Assembly (NCBI GenBank): GCA_044344255.1
Contig: JBIJDH010000004.1
Span: 352,001 to 416,000 of the forward strand
Direction of reading: 5' to 3'
DNA: 64,000 nucleotides
Source: Myxococcota bacterium
GTDB taxonomy: Bacteria; Myxococcota_A; UBA796; UBA2385
The notes under the pieces were generated by a model. It was given only the letters and a program-made list of their open reading frames with translations. It searched no databases and had not been told where the DNA came from. The translations under genes and the position numbers were made by a program. Position 1 is the stretch's first letter; every line of letters begins with the position of its first letter. This document shows, one piece after another, positions 1 through 8,750 of the stretch.

Positions 1-945
1 GGCGCGATCACCCAGCTCATCGCGGAGATCCGGGATCGGGACGGCCACGTCATCTACCGCGCGACGCCGAGGCCGTCGCCGGTGATGGACCCCGTCTCGG
101 GGCAGCTCGTCGGGGATGTGCTCCGCAACGTCGTCCTCTGGGGCACCGGCCAGCGAGCGCGCAGCGCGGTGAAGCTCGGCGGCCTGCCCGTCCCCGTCGC
201 GGGGAAGACCGGCACCACGAACGGGTACAAGAACGCTGCCTTCTGCGGCTTCATCCCGACGCTCGGCCCCGACGGATGGCGGTGGGGCCAAGGCTTCACG
301 CTCGCGGCGTATGTGGGCTACGACGACAATCACCCCATGACCCGGGGTGGGCAGAAGCTGGCGGGCGCCAGCGGCGCCCTCCCCGCCTGGATCGGCCTCG
401 CGCAGGGGCTCGCGGATCGGGGCCTGCTCGGGGAGGGGACCGCGACCTCCGCCGAGTGGGCGACCCCGGAGGGCTTCGCCCGGGTGCCCGTCTCGGGTCC
501 GGGAGGCCTTCCCGCCACCGAGGTCGGAGAGGTCCAGGGGTCCATCCTCGTCAAGGTGGACTCCGGCTGGCTCTCGATCGGCGACGCCCCCGAGCGCAGG
601 GTGGTGCCGGTTGAGCCCATCTCGCGGCTCGCGGCCCGCGGTGGGGCGAGCGATCTCGCCGCAAATCCCTCCGGCGTCGACGTCGGAGCGGTGCCCGGCC
701 AGGCCGGGACGAAGGGCGAGTACAGCGAGGCCGAGCTCCGTCAGATCTGGGTGGAGGAGATGGGCGGACCGCCTCCGGCGGCGCTCTTCCAAGACGGGGC
801 CGCGCCCTTGCCCGCGCCGGAGGGCCCCGACGAAGGGGCCGCGCCGCTGGCCAGCCCCCCCGACCCTGTCGATGCTGCGCCGGGGGCCGGCACACCAGAC
901 ACCGGGATCGTGCCGCGCATCACGCCCGGTGAGGGCCCCCCCTGA
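1..945 (+). CDS. Penicillin-binding protein 1A-like transpeptidase, C-terminal part (5' truncated by window)
   Basis: Frame open from base 1; class A PBP motifs LRNVVLWGTG, AGKTGTTN (KTG triad), YVGYDD, GASGALPAW; Pro/Ala-rich tail. Confidence 0.85.
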   Translation, partial: GAITQLIAEIRDRDGHVIYRATPRPSPVMDPVSGQLVGDVLRNVVLWGTGQRARSAVKLGGLPVPVAGKTGTTNGYKNAAFCGFIPTLGPDGWRWGQGFTLAAYVGYDDNHPMTRGGQKLAGASGALPAWIGLAQGLADRGLLGEGTATSAEWATPEGFARVPVSGPGGLPATEVGEVQGSILVKVDSGWLSIGDAPERRVVPVEPISRLAARGGASDLAANPSGVDVGAVPGQAGTKGEYSEAELRQIWVEEMGGPPPAALFQDGAAPLPAPEGPDEGAAPLASPPDPVDAAPGAGTPDTGIVPRITPGEGPP

Positions 946-1042
946 CGGGCGGAGGTTGGGTTAGTCGCCGCGGATGTCCGGCAGCCGCCCGCCTCTTGGT
1001 CCGCCCTTCCGAACCTCACTTGGGTCGGCGGTGGCGCGCCTC

Positions 1043-1957
1043 ATGCGGCCGCTCCTCGGCGGGCTGGGCTGGATCAGCGCCTTGCTGCTCTTCGGCGTGC
1101 CCGGCTGCGTGATGCGCTACGGCGAGGCCCCTCGCTCGGCCGCCGACATCGCCGCAGAGCAGGTCGATCTGGCGCCGATCGAGGCCAAGCTCGAGGCGAT
1201 GATCGAGGTTGAAACACAGCTCGATCGAAGGGACAACCTGGAGGCGGCGCGTGCGCTCTCCCGTGATCTTAAGACGGCTGACGCCAGCGCCCAAGCCGCG
1301 TTGCGGGTCTACCTCGAGGCCCTCGTGCAGATCATGGAGCGGGACGAGCCGGTCCCGTTGGTGGCGTCAGAGCTGGTGGACGGGGGCGTGGCCTTTGACT
1401 CGCCGAACGCCGTAGAGGTCGACGCGGCCGAGCCCTCCGTGGAGCCCGCGCCGCCGGCAGAAGGGGAGGGGGCCCGCGTCGAGCCCGCCGTGGAGGCCGC
1501 GGTCGAGGCCCCGGTCGAGGTCCCGGCCGAGGTCCCGGCCGAGGCCCCGGTCGAGAGCCCCGCCTCCGGATCGGCGCCCCCGGCCGCAGAGCCGCCGATC
1601 ACCCGGCCGCCCGGGGAGCTGCTCGCGCTCGCTCGTGCTCACCTCAAGGCGAATGAGTCGGAGCAGGCGCTCGCCCTGCTCGAGACCTGCCCCCAGCGGA
1701 GCTGCGGCAACGCGGGTGTCCGCCTGCGCGCCGAGGTGTGCGCCGCCTGGACGCTCGGGGAGCGCCGGGTCACCACCCGGCAGCAGGAGGCGGCGGGCAG
1801 GGAGCCCGATCCGACGGCCCGTGACGCCCTGCTGCGACAGGTCGAGGCCGACCTCGAGGAGATCATCCGCCGTTGCCCCGAGACGGCCACTGGCGCCCGG
1901 AACCAGCTCGATCGGGTGAGGGCGGAGCGGGTGAGCGCCGCCGCAGGCCGCCCCTGA
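1043..1957 (+). CDS. Hypothetical lipoprotein with Pro/Glu/Ala-rich linker and helical Cys-containing C-terminal domain
   Basis: Hydrophobic N-terminus ending in lipobox-like VPGC; VEAPVEVPAEVPAE linker; start could be 974. Confidence 0.6.
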   Translation: MRPLLGGLGWISALLLFGVPGCVMRYGEAPRSAADIAAEQVDLAPIEAKLEAMIEVETQLDRRDNLEAARALSRDLKTADASAQAALRVYLEALVQIMERDEPVPLVASELVDGGVAFDSPNAVEVDAAEPSVEPAPPAEGEGARVEPAVEAAVEAPVEVPAEVPAEAPVESPASGSAPPAAEPPITRPPGELLALARAHLKANESEQALALLETCPQRSCGNAGVRLRAEVCAAWTLGERRVTTRQQEAAGREPDPTARDALLRQVEADLEEIIRRCPETATGARNQLDRVRAERVSAAAGRP

Positions 1958-2151
1958 TGGAGCCCCGCGCCCTCCTCGTCGGGGGCGTCATCCTGCTGGA
2001 CGTCGGGCTCGCGACGGCCCTCTTCGTCGCGGCGGCGAGGCCCGCGACGGAGGGCCCGGCGGACCGCCGATTGTTCGCCATCTCCCTTTGTGTTCTCTTC
2101 TTGCTGAGCGTCGTCACGGGCGTGCTGATCTCCCTCACGGGACGCCTTTGA
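1957..2151 (+). CDS. Small two-TM membrane protein (64 aa)
   Basis: ATG overlaps upstream TGA (TGATG); two hydrophobic segments. Confidence 0.55.
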   Translation: MEPRALLVGGVILLDVGLATALFVAAARPATEGPADRRLFAISLCVLFLLSVVTGVLISLTGRL

Positions 2152-2176
2152 CAGCGCTGGGGGCCTGCATTAGTAG
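2148..2176 (+). promoter_or_regulatory. Sigma70-type promoter of tRNA-Met
   Basis: TTGACA (2148-2153), 17 nt, TAGTAG (2171-2176), 11 nt before the tRNA. Confidence 0.6.
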
Positions 2177-2187
2177 GCGGACGTTCT

Positions 2188-2261
2188 GGCTCGGTAGCTC
2201 AGCTGGTTAGAGCATGCGCTTCATAAGCGCAGTGTCGGCGGTTCAAGTCCGCCCCGAGCCA
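2188..2261 (+). tRNA. tRNA-Met (CAT), probably elongator; CCA not encoded
   Basis: Acceptor GGCTCGG/CCGAGCC, D arm GCTC/GAGC, anticodon arm TGCGC-TTCATAA-GCGCA, T loop TTCAAGT. G1:C72 is paired, so not an initiator; Ile2 not fully excluded. Confidence 0.9.
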
Positions 2262-2291
2262 TACCCCTTATCATCGTCATTGTTTTTGGAG

Positions 2292-2326
2292 AGGCCGATC
2301 GCACACTGTGCGTCGGCCTTTTTTTT
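2292..2326 (+). terminator. Rho-independent terminator after tRNA-Met
   Basis: Stem AGGCCGA(T)CGCAC-ACT-GTGCGTCGGCCT followed by a T run. Confidence 0.85.
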
Positions 2327-2487
2327 GGCCAGGCATTCCCCGTCGCCTCCGGCATCCTCGCTCCAGTCATTGGTTGCGAGAACGTCACGACAGAGGCCGG
2401 ACCTGCGGCGGGGGTAACGAATAGGGGCGCGGTCACCCGACCTCGGGGCTCCCTCCTCTCCGCCACGCGGGGAGATCTGGATCGCGC

Positions 2488-3735
2488 ATGAAGATTCGTC
2501 CCTTCTCGGTGTTGTTCGTCCTGGCCGCTGCGGCTGGCCTGGTGTTCGCCAGCTTCTCGACCCACGACTTCGTTCAGCACCTCGACCGCCAGCTCCACGA
2601 CATCACCTGTTCGTGGGTGCCCGGCGTGATCGCGTCGGACTCGAGCGCCACCTCGGGCTGCCACGTCACCTTGATGAGCCCCTACTCGTCGGTGCTCCGC
2701 GAGCAGGTGTGGGGCGGCTTGCCGATCGCCCTGCCCGGGATGGCGGTCTTCGCCTTCCTGCTGTTTCGCGGCCTCGACCTCGTCGCCAACGGAAAGGGCC
2801 GAAGCAAGGCGGCGACCACCTTCCTGTTGCTCGCGACGGCCGTGCCGGTCCTGACCTCGGCGGTCATGGGCTACCTGTCCATCGTCGAGCTCGACGCCGC
2901 GTGCCGGCTCTGCATCGGCATCTACATCTCGAGCCTCGTGTGCTTCGCGAGCGCGATCGGGATCTGGCGTGACGCGGGCCGGCCCTTCGAGGATGGCGAG
3001 ACAGAGCCCGACCCCGCGGAAGAGCCGCAGAACCCGATGAGCCACCACCTCCTCGGGGTGGGCCAGGGTGTGGCCTTCGTGGCCGTGCCGGCGCTGCTCT
3101 ACCTCGTCGGAGCTCCCGACTTCTCGAGCTACCTCGGCAAGTGTGGCGCGCTCGAGAAGCCGGAGGACAGCTACGGCATCATGGTGCCGCTGGGCGCGCA
3201 GGGCCGGGGCCTCGCCACCATCGAGGTCTTCGATCCGCTGTGCCCCGCCTGTAAGGGCTTCGAGGAGCGCCTCGACATGAGCGGCCTCGGCGACAAGCTG
3301 AGCCGCAAGGCCGTGCTCTTCCCGCTGGACGAGGCCTGCAATTGGATGGTCAAGGGCTCGCTCCACCCCGGAGCTTGCACCGTCAGCGAGGCCATCTTCT
3401 GCGCCGGAGACAAGGCGGAGTCGGTGATCGACTGGGCCTTCGAGAACCAGGAGCTGATCCGCAGCTCCACGGCGGCGGACAAGGACGCCGCCGCTCGGAT
3501 GGTGGTCGCTCGTTTCCCCGAGCTGAAGAGCTGCGTGGGCGGCGCGGCCGTGAAGAACAAGATCAACAAGTCGCTGCGGTGGGCGGTGAACAATCAGCTC
3601 CGCATCTCGACACCCCAGCTCTTCGTCGAAGGCACGCGGCTGTGCGACGAAGACACCGATCTCGGCATGGACTACGCGCTCTCTCGGCTGATCGAGCAGC
3701 GGGCCGCCGGCGCCAAGCCCGGCCAGGGAGGTTGA
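2488..3735 (+). CDS. Vitamin K epoxide reductase (VKOR) family protein fused to DsbA/thioredoxin-like domain
   Basis: VKOR loop cysteines (TCSW...SGCHVTLMSPYS), TM CxxC (CRLC); C-terminal DPLCPAC and cis-Pro motif ISTPQLFV. Confidence 0.85.
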   Translation: MKIRPFSVLFVLAAAAGLVFASFSTHDFVQHLDRQLHDITCSWVPGVIASDSSATSGCHVTLMSPYSSVLREQVWGGLPIALPGMAVFAFLLFRGLDLVANGKGRSKAATTFLLLATAVPVLTSAVMGYLSIVELDAACRLCIGIYISSLVCFASAIGIWRDAGRPFEDGETEPDPAEEPQNPMSHHLLGVGQGVAFVAVPALLYLVGAPDFSSYLGKCGALEKPEDSYGIMVPLGAQGRGLATIEVFDPLCPACKGFEERLDMSGLGDKLSRKAVLFPLDEACNWMVKGSLHPGACTVSEAIFCAGDKAESVIDWAFENQELIRSSTAADKDAAARMVVARFPELKSCVGGAAVKNKINKSLRWAVNNQLRISTPQLFVEGTRLCDEDTDLGMDYALSRLIEQRAAGAKPGQGG

Positions 3736-3736
3736 G

Positions 3737-4432
3737 ATGGGCGCAGGACTTCACTTCGGACTCGCAGGGGTCTCTCTGCTGTTCCCCACCGTGCTGCTCG
3801 CCTCGTGGATGAACAGCGCCAGCCATCGCCTCACTGAGGCCGAGGCCGCCCCGACGGCCGACGCCGGGGCGCCGGTCGCATCGGCCGCCGATGAGGGCTA
3901 CTGCACCGCGGACATCAAGAAGGTGCTGCGCCGCGTCCTCATGAGCTGCGGGCTCGCGGGCGCCGGGGGTGGCCGCGGCTGCGCCCCGATGGAGGCCAAG
4001 AACGTGGCCACGATGGCCGGGGACGACTTCAACGCCCTCTTCCTGCCGCTGGCGTCCCGGGCGGGCATCATCCAGTTCGACAAGAACTCGACCGAGCTCG
4101 ACCCGAGCGATCTGGGCCTCATCGACAAGCTCTTCGCCGATCGGCGGGGTGCCAGCTACTTCCTCGTCGTGTCCCGCTCGAGCCCCGAGGGCTCGGTGGA
4201 CCACAACCGCGAGCTCTCGGAGCAGCGCGGCCAGGGGGTGCTCGGCCACCTCGAGACCACCTTCAAGGACCCTGACCTCAACAAGCAGGTCGGCCTGCTC
4301 TCGCTCGGAGAGGAGTACGCCCAGCTCAACGAGGGCTTCTGCTCCTGGCAGCGCAGCGGCGAGGTCGCGCAGTGCAACCCCGAAGACCTCAATCGGAGCA
4401 CCTTCGTCGCATGGATCGACTGCACCCTCTGA
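3737..4432 (+). CDS. Exported Cys-rich protein with OmpA-like C-terminal domain
   Basis: IQFDKNSTEL...SPEGSVDHNRELSEQRG resembles OmpA_C motifs (F..S..L, G....N..LS..RA); N-terminal TM/signal. Confidence 0.65.
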   Translation: MGAGLHFGLAGVSLLFPTVLLASWMNSASHRLTEAEAAPTADAGAPVASAADEGYCTADIKKVLRRVLMSCGLAGAGGGRGCAPMEAKNVATMAGDDFNALFLPLASRAGIIQFDKNSTELDPSDLGLIDKLFADRRGASYFLVVSRSSPEGSVDHNRELSEQRGQGVLGHLETTFKDPDLNKQVGLLSLGEEYAQLNEGFCSWQRSGEVAQCNPEDLNRSTFVAWIDCTL

Positions 4433-4452
4433 TCCTCTCCCGGAAGAACGCT

Positions 4453-5082
4453 GTGAGCACCTCGCCCTCTGCCCGTCGCTCCGCGCCCGGCCGTCCTGTC
4501 TCCCCGCTGGTCCTCCTGTTCCTCACGGGCCTCGTCGCCTGCGAGGGCGGCGGCGCCCCGGCCCCGGCCGGCCCGGCCCCTTCTCGGGTCGATAGCGTCG
4601 CAGCGCAGCCGAAGAAGGCGGTAAACCTGGACTCCTTCTGCGAGACCGGCCGGAAGTCGGTGGTCCCCCTCCAGTACCCCGTGACCGACGAGCCCGCGCC
4701 GGCCACCACCGGCGGCTGGACCTGGGTGAACGTCTGGGCGACTTGGTGCGGCCCCTGCATCGAGGAGATGCCGACCATCCAGAAGTGGGAGGCCCGCCTC
4801 GCGAGCGAGGGGGCGCCCATCCGGGTGCAGCTCATGAGCGCCGATGAGCAGGTGACGGCGCTGCAAGGCTTCAAGGCCAAGCACCCGGACTGGCCGTCGA
4901 GCCTCCACATGACCGACGCCAAGGCCCTCGAGGCCTGGACGGTGCAGTCGGGCCTGGGCACCGGGCCGGTGCTGCCGATTCACCTCTTCGTCGATCCGCA
5001 GGGCCAGATCCGCTGCTCAAAGATGGGGGCGCTCTCGCCGACCGACTACGAGGCCATCAAAGCCGTGGTTCAGGGCGGCTGA
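4453..5082 (+). CDS. TlpA-family thiol:disulfide oxidoreductase lipoprotein
   Basis: VNVWATWCGPCIEEMP; LPIHLFVDPQG; lipobox LVAC; GTG start inferred. Confidence 0.85.
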   Translation: MSTSPSARRSAPGRPVSPLVLLFLTGLVACEGGGAPAPAGPAPSRVDSVAAQPKKAVNLDSFCETGRKSVVPLQYPVTDEPAPATTGGWTWVNVWATWCGPCIEEMPTIQKWEARLASEGAPIRVQLMSADEQVTALQGFKAKHPDWPSSLHMTDAKALEAWTVQSGLGTGPVLPIHLFVDPQGQIRCSKMGALSPTDYEAIKAVVQGG

Positions 5083-5097
5083 TCCAAGCTGGCGCAG

Positions 5098-5126
5098 GCC
5101 TCCTGCTCCAATTTGGAGCAGGAGGC
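5098..5126. promoter_or_regulatory. Perfect 14-bp inverted repeat, candidate enhancer (UAS) for a sigma-54 activator
   Basis: GCCTCCTGCTCCAA-T-TTGGAGCAGGAGGC; core TGCTCCA-N3-TGGAGCA resembles the NtrC site TGCACCA-N3-TGGTGCA; no T tract. Confidence 0.6.
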
Positions 5127-5160
5127 GGCGAGCCTCATCCAAAGTCCGCCGCCTCCCGTT

Positions 5161-5176
5161 CGGCACGCCCCTTGCT
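5161..5176 (+). promoter_or_regulatory. Sigma-54 (-24/-12) promoter
   Basis: CGGCACGCCCCTTGCT versus consensus TGGCACG-N4-TTGC(A/T); GG-N10-GC spacing exact. Confidence 0.8.
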
Positions 5177-5230
5177 CTCCGGTCTGTCCGTCCACCCTTC
5201 GGTGGGCGTCACCCGAGAGAGGAGTGCCGA

Positions 5231-6049
5231 ATGAAGGTTCGATTCTGGGGCGTACGAGGCAGCATCGCGGTCAGCGGTCCCGCGACCTTGCAGACGGGCG
5301 GCAACACTGCCTGTGTCGAGTTGGAGCACGAGGGGCACCGCCTCGTGCTCGACGCGGGGACCGGGATCCGAGCGCTGGGCGCTGCGCTCGGTTGCTGCCC
5401 GATCCCCGTCTCGATCTTGTTCAGCCACGTCCATTGGGATCACATCCAAGGGCTGCCCTTCTTTTTGCCCGCCTTCCACCCGGGCGCCTCGCTCGACCTG
5501 TACGGTGCCACCCGCAGCTCGGGCGGACTCCGAGAGGCCTTGGTCCGGCAGATGCGGCCCCCACAGTTCCCCGTGCCCTTTGATCGGCTCCCGGCGGCGG
5601 TCAGGGTGCACGAGCTGCGGGCGGCCGAGCCCTTCGAGGTTGGTCCCTTTCGGGTCACCCCCTCCGAGCTCAACCACCCCGACGGGGTGCTGGCCTACCG
5701 GGTGGAGGCGGGGGGCCGCACTGTCACCTACGCGACGGATCACGAGCACGGCGATCACATCGACGCCCGCCTCGTCGCGCTCGCCGAGGGCTCCGATCTC
5801 CTGGTGCACGACGCCCAGTTCACCGACGAGGAGTACCGCGGGCTCACCGGGCCGGGCCGTCGCGGATGGGGGCACTCCACCTGGCAGCAGGCCGTGGGGG
5901 TCGCGAAAGCGGCGGAGGCGGGGCGCCTGGCCCTCTTCCACCACGATCCCGGTCGGGACGACCTCGGGGTCGCCCGCATCGAGACCTGGGCCAGCCTCGC
6001 GCGCCCCACCGCCTTCGCGGCGCGAGAAGGGGAGACGGTCTCGCTTTGA
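5231..6049 (+). CDS. MBL-fold metallo-hydrolase (RNase Z / phosphodiesterase-like)
   Basis: KVRFWGVRGS, GGNTAC, DAGTG, SHVHWDHIQG (HxHxDH), GWGHST, FHHDP; SD GAGGAG. Confidence 0.9.
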   Translation: MKVRFWGVRGSIAVSGPATLQTGGNTACVELEHEGHRLVLDAGTGIRALGAALGCCPIPVSILFSHVHWDHIQGLPFFLPAFHPGASLDLYGATRSSGGLREALVRQMRPPQFPVPFDRLPAAVRVHELRAAEPFEVGPFRVTPSELNHPDGVLAYRVEAGGRTVTYATDHEHGDHIDARLVALAEGSDLLVHDAQFTDEEYRGLTGPGRRGWGHSTWQQAVGVAKAAEAGRLALFHHDPGRDDLGVARIETWASLARPTAFAAREGETVSL

Positions 6050-6114
6050 CCCCGGCGCCATCGACCCATAGGGGAGCGCTGGTGCTGAGGCGCGCGTTGG
6101 CCCGCGTCTCCGGC

Positions 6115-7602
6115 ATGGAGGGGGCGCGCTTGGAGACCGGTCGGGGCGGCTTCGACAGCCTGCGGGATCGCTTACGCGAGCGGCGGGTTGACCTCGATGA
6201 GGTGCTGCGCGCGCTGGTCGACGCCGCCAAGGAGGCCGTGTCGGCCGATCGGGCCACGCTCTTCCTGGTCGACCAGGCGCGGGAGGAGCTGGTGAGCCGC
6301 ACCGCTCACCTCCCCGAGATCACGGAGATCCGGCTGCGCCTCGGGGAGGGGGTGGCCGGCTGGGTGGCCCGCAGCGGGGAGCGGGTCCAGCTCCGGGAGG
6401 GGCAGCGCGACCCCCGTCTGGCGCACCGCATCGACGCCCTCACCGGCTACAGCACCCGATCCATGCTGGCCTGGCCGGTGCGGGACCCCTCCGGCGCGGT
6501 GGTCGGTGTGCTCCAGGTGCTCAACCGGCGCGGCGGTGACTTCACCGAGGCGGACGAGGCGGTGATCCGCGAGCTCTCGCGCGGGATGGGGGAGGTGCTC
6601 GCGGCCTCCAGCCTCGGTCGGCAGCTCTCTCCGGGCAACCAGCGCCCCCTCGCTTTCGGGTTGAACCGCATCGTCGGCACCTCTCCGACGATGCGGGCGG
6701 TCTACGAGAAGGTGATCCGGGTGGGGCGGGCCGAGGAGACCGTCCTGCTCCGCGGGGAGAGCGGCTCGGGCAAGGAGCTGGTCGCCCACGCGATCCACGA
6801 CAACTCGCCCCGCGCGAACGGCCCCTTCGTGGTGGTAGACCTCGCGGCCCTCCCGCCCAACCTGATCGAGAGCGAGCTCTTCGGGCATGTGCGCGGCGCC
6901 TACACGGGGGCGGATCGCGATCAGCCGGGGCGGGTCGAGCTCGCCCAAGGCGGCACCCTCTTCCTCGACGAGATCGGGGAGCTGCCCTTCCCGCTGCAGG
7001 CGCGCCTCCTCCGCCTGCTCCAGGAGCGGACCTACTTTCCGGTCGGCAGCAGCCGGATGCGCTCCGCCGACGTGCGCTTCGTCACCGCCACTCACCGAGA
7101 TCTCGAGGCGATGGTGGCCGAGGGCCAGCTGCGGGCCGACCTCTACTACCGGGTGCGCGTGCTCGAGATCTCGCTGCCCCCGCTGCGAGAGCGCGGCCCG
7201 GAGGATCTCGACCGCCTCATCGATCACTTCGTCTACGAGGCGGCGAAGCGGGGCGGCCGCAGCGCGCTGACCCTCCATCCCGAGGCGCGGCGGGCTTTAC
7301 ACGCCCACGCCTGGCCGGGGAACGTGCGGGAGCTCCAGAGCAGCATCCAGGCTGCGGTGGTGATGACCGACGGGCCGGAGATCGAGCGCTCGGCCATCCC
7401 TGGCCTCGGGCTCCCCCGCAGGGCGGCCGCGGTGCCTGACCCCGACACCTTCCGCTGCGCTCCCGGCACCCTCGCGGAGGTCGAGCAGGCCTACCTGCAC
7501 CACGTCCTCTCTGTCTGCGCGGGGAACCGCTCTCAGGCGGCCCGCGTGCTCGGCATCGGCCGGAACACCCTCGCCCGCAAGCTGAAGGAGCCCCTGACGT
7601 GA
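6115..7602 (+). CDS. GAF-domain sigma-54-dependent transcriptional activator (Fis-type HTH)
   Basis: GAF (IDALTGYSTRSML, GVLQVLNRRGGDFTEADE); Walker A GESGSGKE; ESELFGHVRGAYTGA; FLDEIGE; WPGNVREL; NRSQAARVLGIGRNTL; start could be 6082. Confidence 0.92.
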   Translation: MEGARLETGRGGFDSLRDRLRERRVDLDEVLRALVDAAKEAVSADRATLFLVDQAREELVSRTAHLPEITEIRLRLGEGVAGWVARSGERVQLREGQRDPRLAHRIDALTGYSTRSMLAWPVRDPSGAVVGVLQVLNRRGGDFTEADEAVIRELSRGMGEVLAASSLGRQLSPGNQRPLAFGLNRIVGTSPTMRAVYEKVIRVGRAEETVLLRGESGSGKELVAHAIHDNSPRANGPFVVVDLAALPPNLIESELFGHVRGAYTGADRDQPGRVELAQGGTLFLDEIGELPFPLQARLLRLLQERTYFPVGSSRMRSADVRFVTATHRDLEAMVAEGQLRADLYYRVRVLEISLPPLRERGPEDLDRLIDHFVYEAAKRGGRSALTLHPEARRALHAHAWPGNVRELQSSIQAAVVMTDGPEIERSAIPGLGLPRRAAAVPDPDTFRCAPGTLAEVEQAYLHHVLSVCAGNRSQAARVLGIGRNTLARKLKEPLT

Positions 7603-8366
7603 GCCCCACCGCCCTGGTCCGCCCGCCTTCGCCCTCCTTCGCGGAGTGCCTCAAGGGGCACTTCGAGCCGGGCGCGGTGCCCGACCTCGCCCTCGCCCGG
7701 GAGCAGCACGCCGCCTACGTCGAGGGCCTCCGCTGGCTCGGCTACGCGGTGGTGACCTTGCCGGAGCTCCCCGACCACCCCGATGGCTGCTTCGTCGAAG
7801 ATCATGCGGTCATCGTCGATGGAGTGGCGCTGCTCCTGCGGGTCGGCGCTCCCTCGCGGCGGGCCGAGGCCCCGCTGGTCCACGCGGCGCTGGCCGAGCG
7901 GCTGCCCACGGAGTCCCTCGAGGAGGCCGGCGATCTCGACGGGGGCGATGTCCTCCTGGCGCCGGACTTCGCCCTCCTCGGCCGCAGTCGACGGAGCAGC
8001 GCCGAGGGGATCGCGGCGCTGTCGGCCCGCCTGCTGATGACGGGCCGTGAGGTGCGCACGGTGGCGGTCGCGGAGGGGCAGCTCCACCTCCAGTGCCGCT
8101 GCTCCGCCCCTCTGCCCGGCCTCGTGCTGAGCGCCGGCGTGGACCCGCGCCTCTTGGAGGGCGACGCCGACCGGCTGAAGGTGCCCGAGGCCGAGGCCTA
8201 CGCCAGCAACGCGGTGGGGCGCGGCGACCGCCTGCTGCTCGCCGCCGGCTACCCCCGCACAGCGGCCATGGCCCGGAGCCGCGACCTCCAGGTGCGCTGC
8301 CTCGACCTCTCCGAGCTCCGCAAGGCGGACGGCTCGCTCACCTGCCTCTCACTTCGTTGGGGCTGA
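7599..8366 (+). CDS. Dimethylarginine dimethylaminohydrolase (DDAH)/amidinotransferase-superfamily enzyme
   Basis: PDGCFVED, DGGDV, LHL, KADGSLTCLS; Asp/His/Cys catalytic residues present; GTGA overlap with upstream gene. Confidence 0.85.
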   Translation: MSPTALVRPPSPSFAECLKGHFEPGAVPDLALAREQHAAYVEGLRWLGYAVVTLPELPDHPDGCFVEDHAVIVDGVALLLRVGAPSRRAEAPLVHAALAERLPTESLEEAGDLDGGDVLLAPDFALLGRSRRSSAEGIAALSARLLMTGREVRTVAVAEGQLHLQCRCSAPLPGLVLSAGVDPRLLEGDADRLKVPEAEAYASNAVGRGDRLLLAAGYPRTAAMARSRDLQVRCLDLSELRKADGSLTCLSLRWG

Positions 8367-8411
8367 TCGGAGCGCCGGGGCTGATCGGAGGCGGGAGGCC
8401 TCGCCACCCCC

Positions 8412-8636
8412 TCAGTCTTGGAGCGAGCAGTGGGCGCCGCCCTCGACCCGAGCCATGCTCCCCGCCTGCGCGGAGACGAGCTCTCCGAGGGTGAACAAGC
8501 CCTCCGACGCCGGGTAGCCGAGGTCGGCGAGGGTGACGAGGTTGAGCTCGGACTGGACGAGGGTGCCGCTCCCGCCGATGTCGGCGGCGAACATCGCCTC
8601 TCCTTGAAGGACGCTCTCGGCCTCATCGGTGGAGCT
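8412..8636 (-). pseudogene. Duplicated 3' fragment of the lipoprotein gene at 11898-12698 (direct repeat copy 1)
   Basis: 225 nt aligning to 11898-12122 with about 12 substitutions by manual count; no 5' part. Confidence 0.85.
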
Positions 8637-8750
8637 TCCAGAGGCTCCAGGCGCGAGCGGGGAGAAGCTGGAGCGCGAGCCCGGTCCGCTTCGTCGTGCG
8701 GCGGATCGGCGCGTGCGCTACGTTCGGTGGCTGTCGGGGCGGGAGGTGCC

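Noticed and set aside
2188..2400. Genomic island integrated at tRNA-Met
   Set aside because: No integrase and no duplicated tRNA 3' end seen in the window
8418..8750. N-terminal extension of the glycosyltransferase ORF from 8418
   Set aside because: It is the antisense of the duplicated gene fragment; ATG 8751 has a good SD
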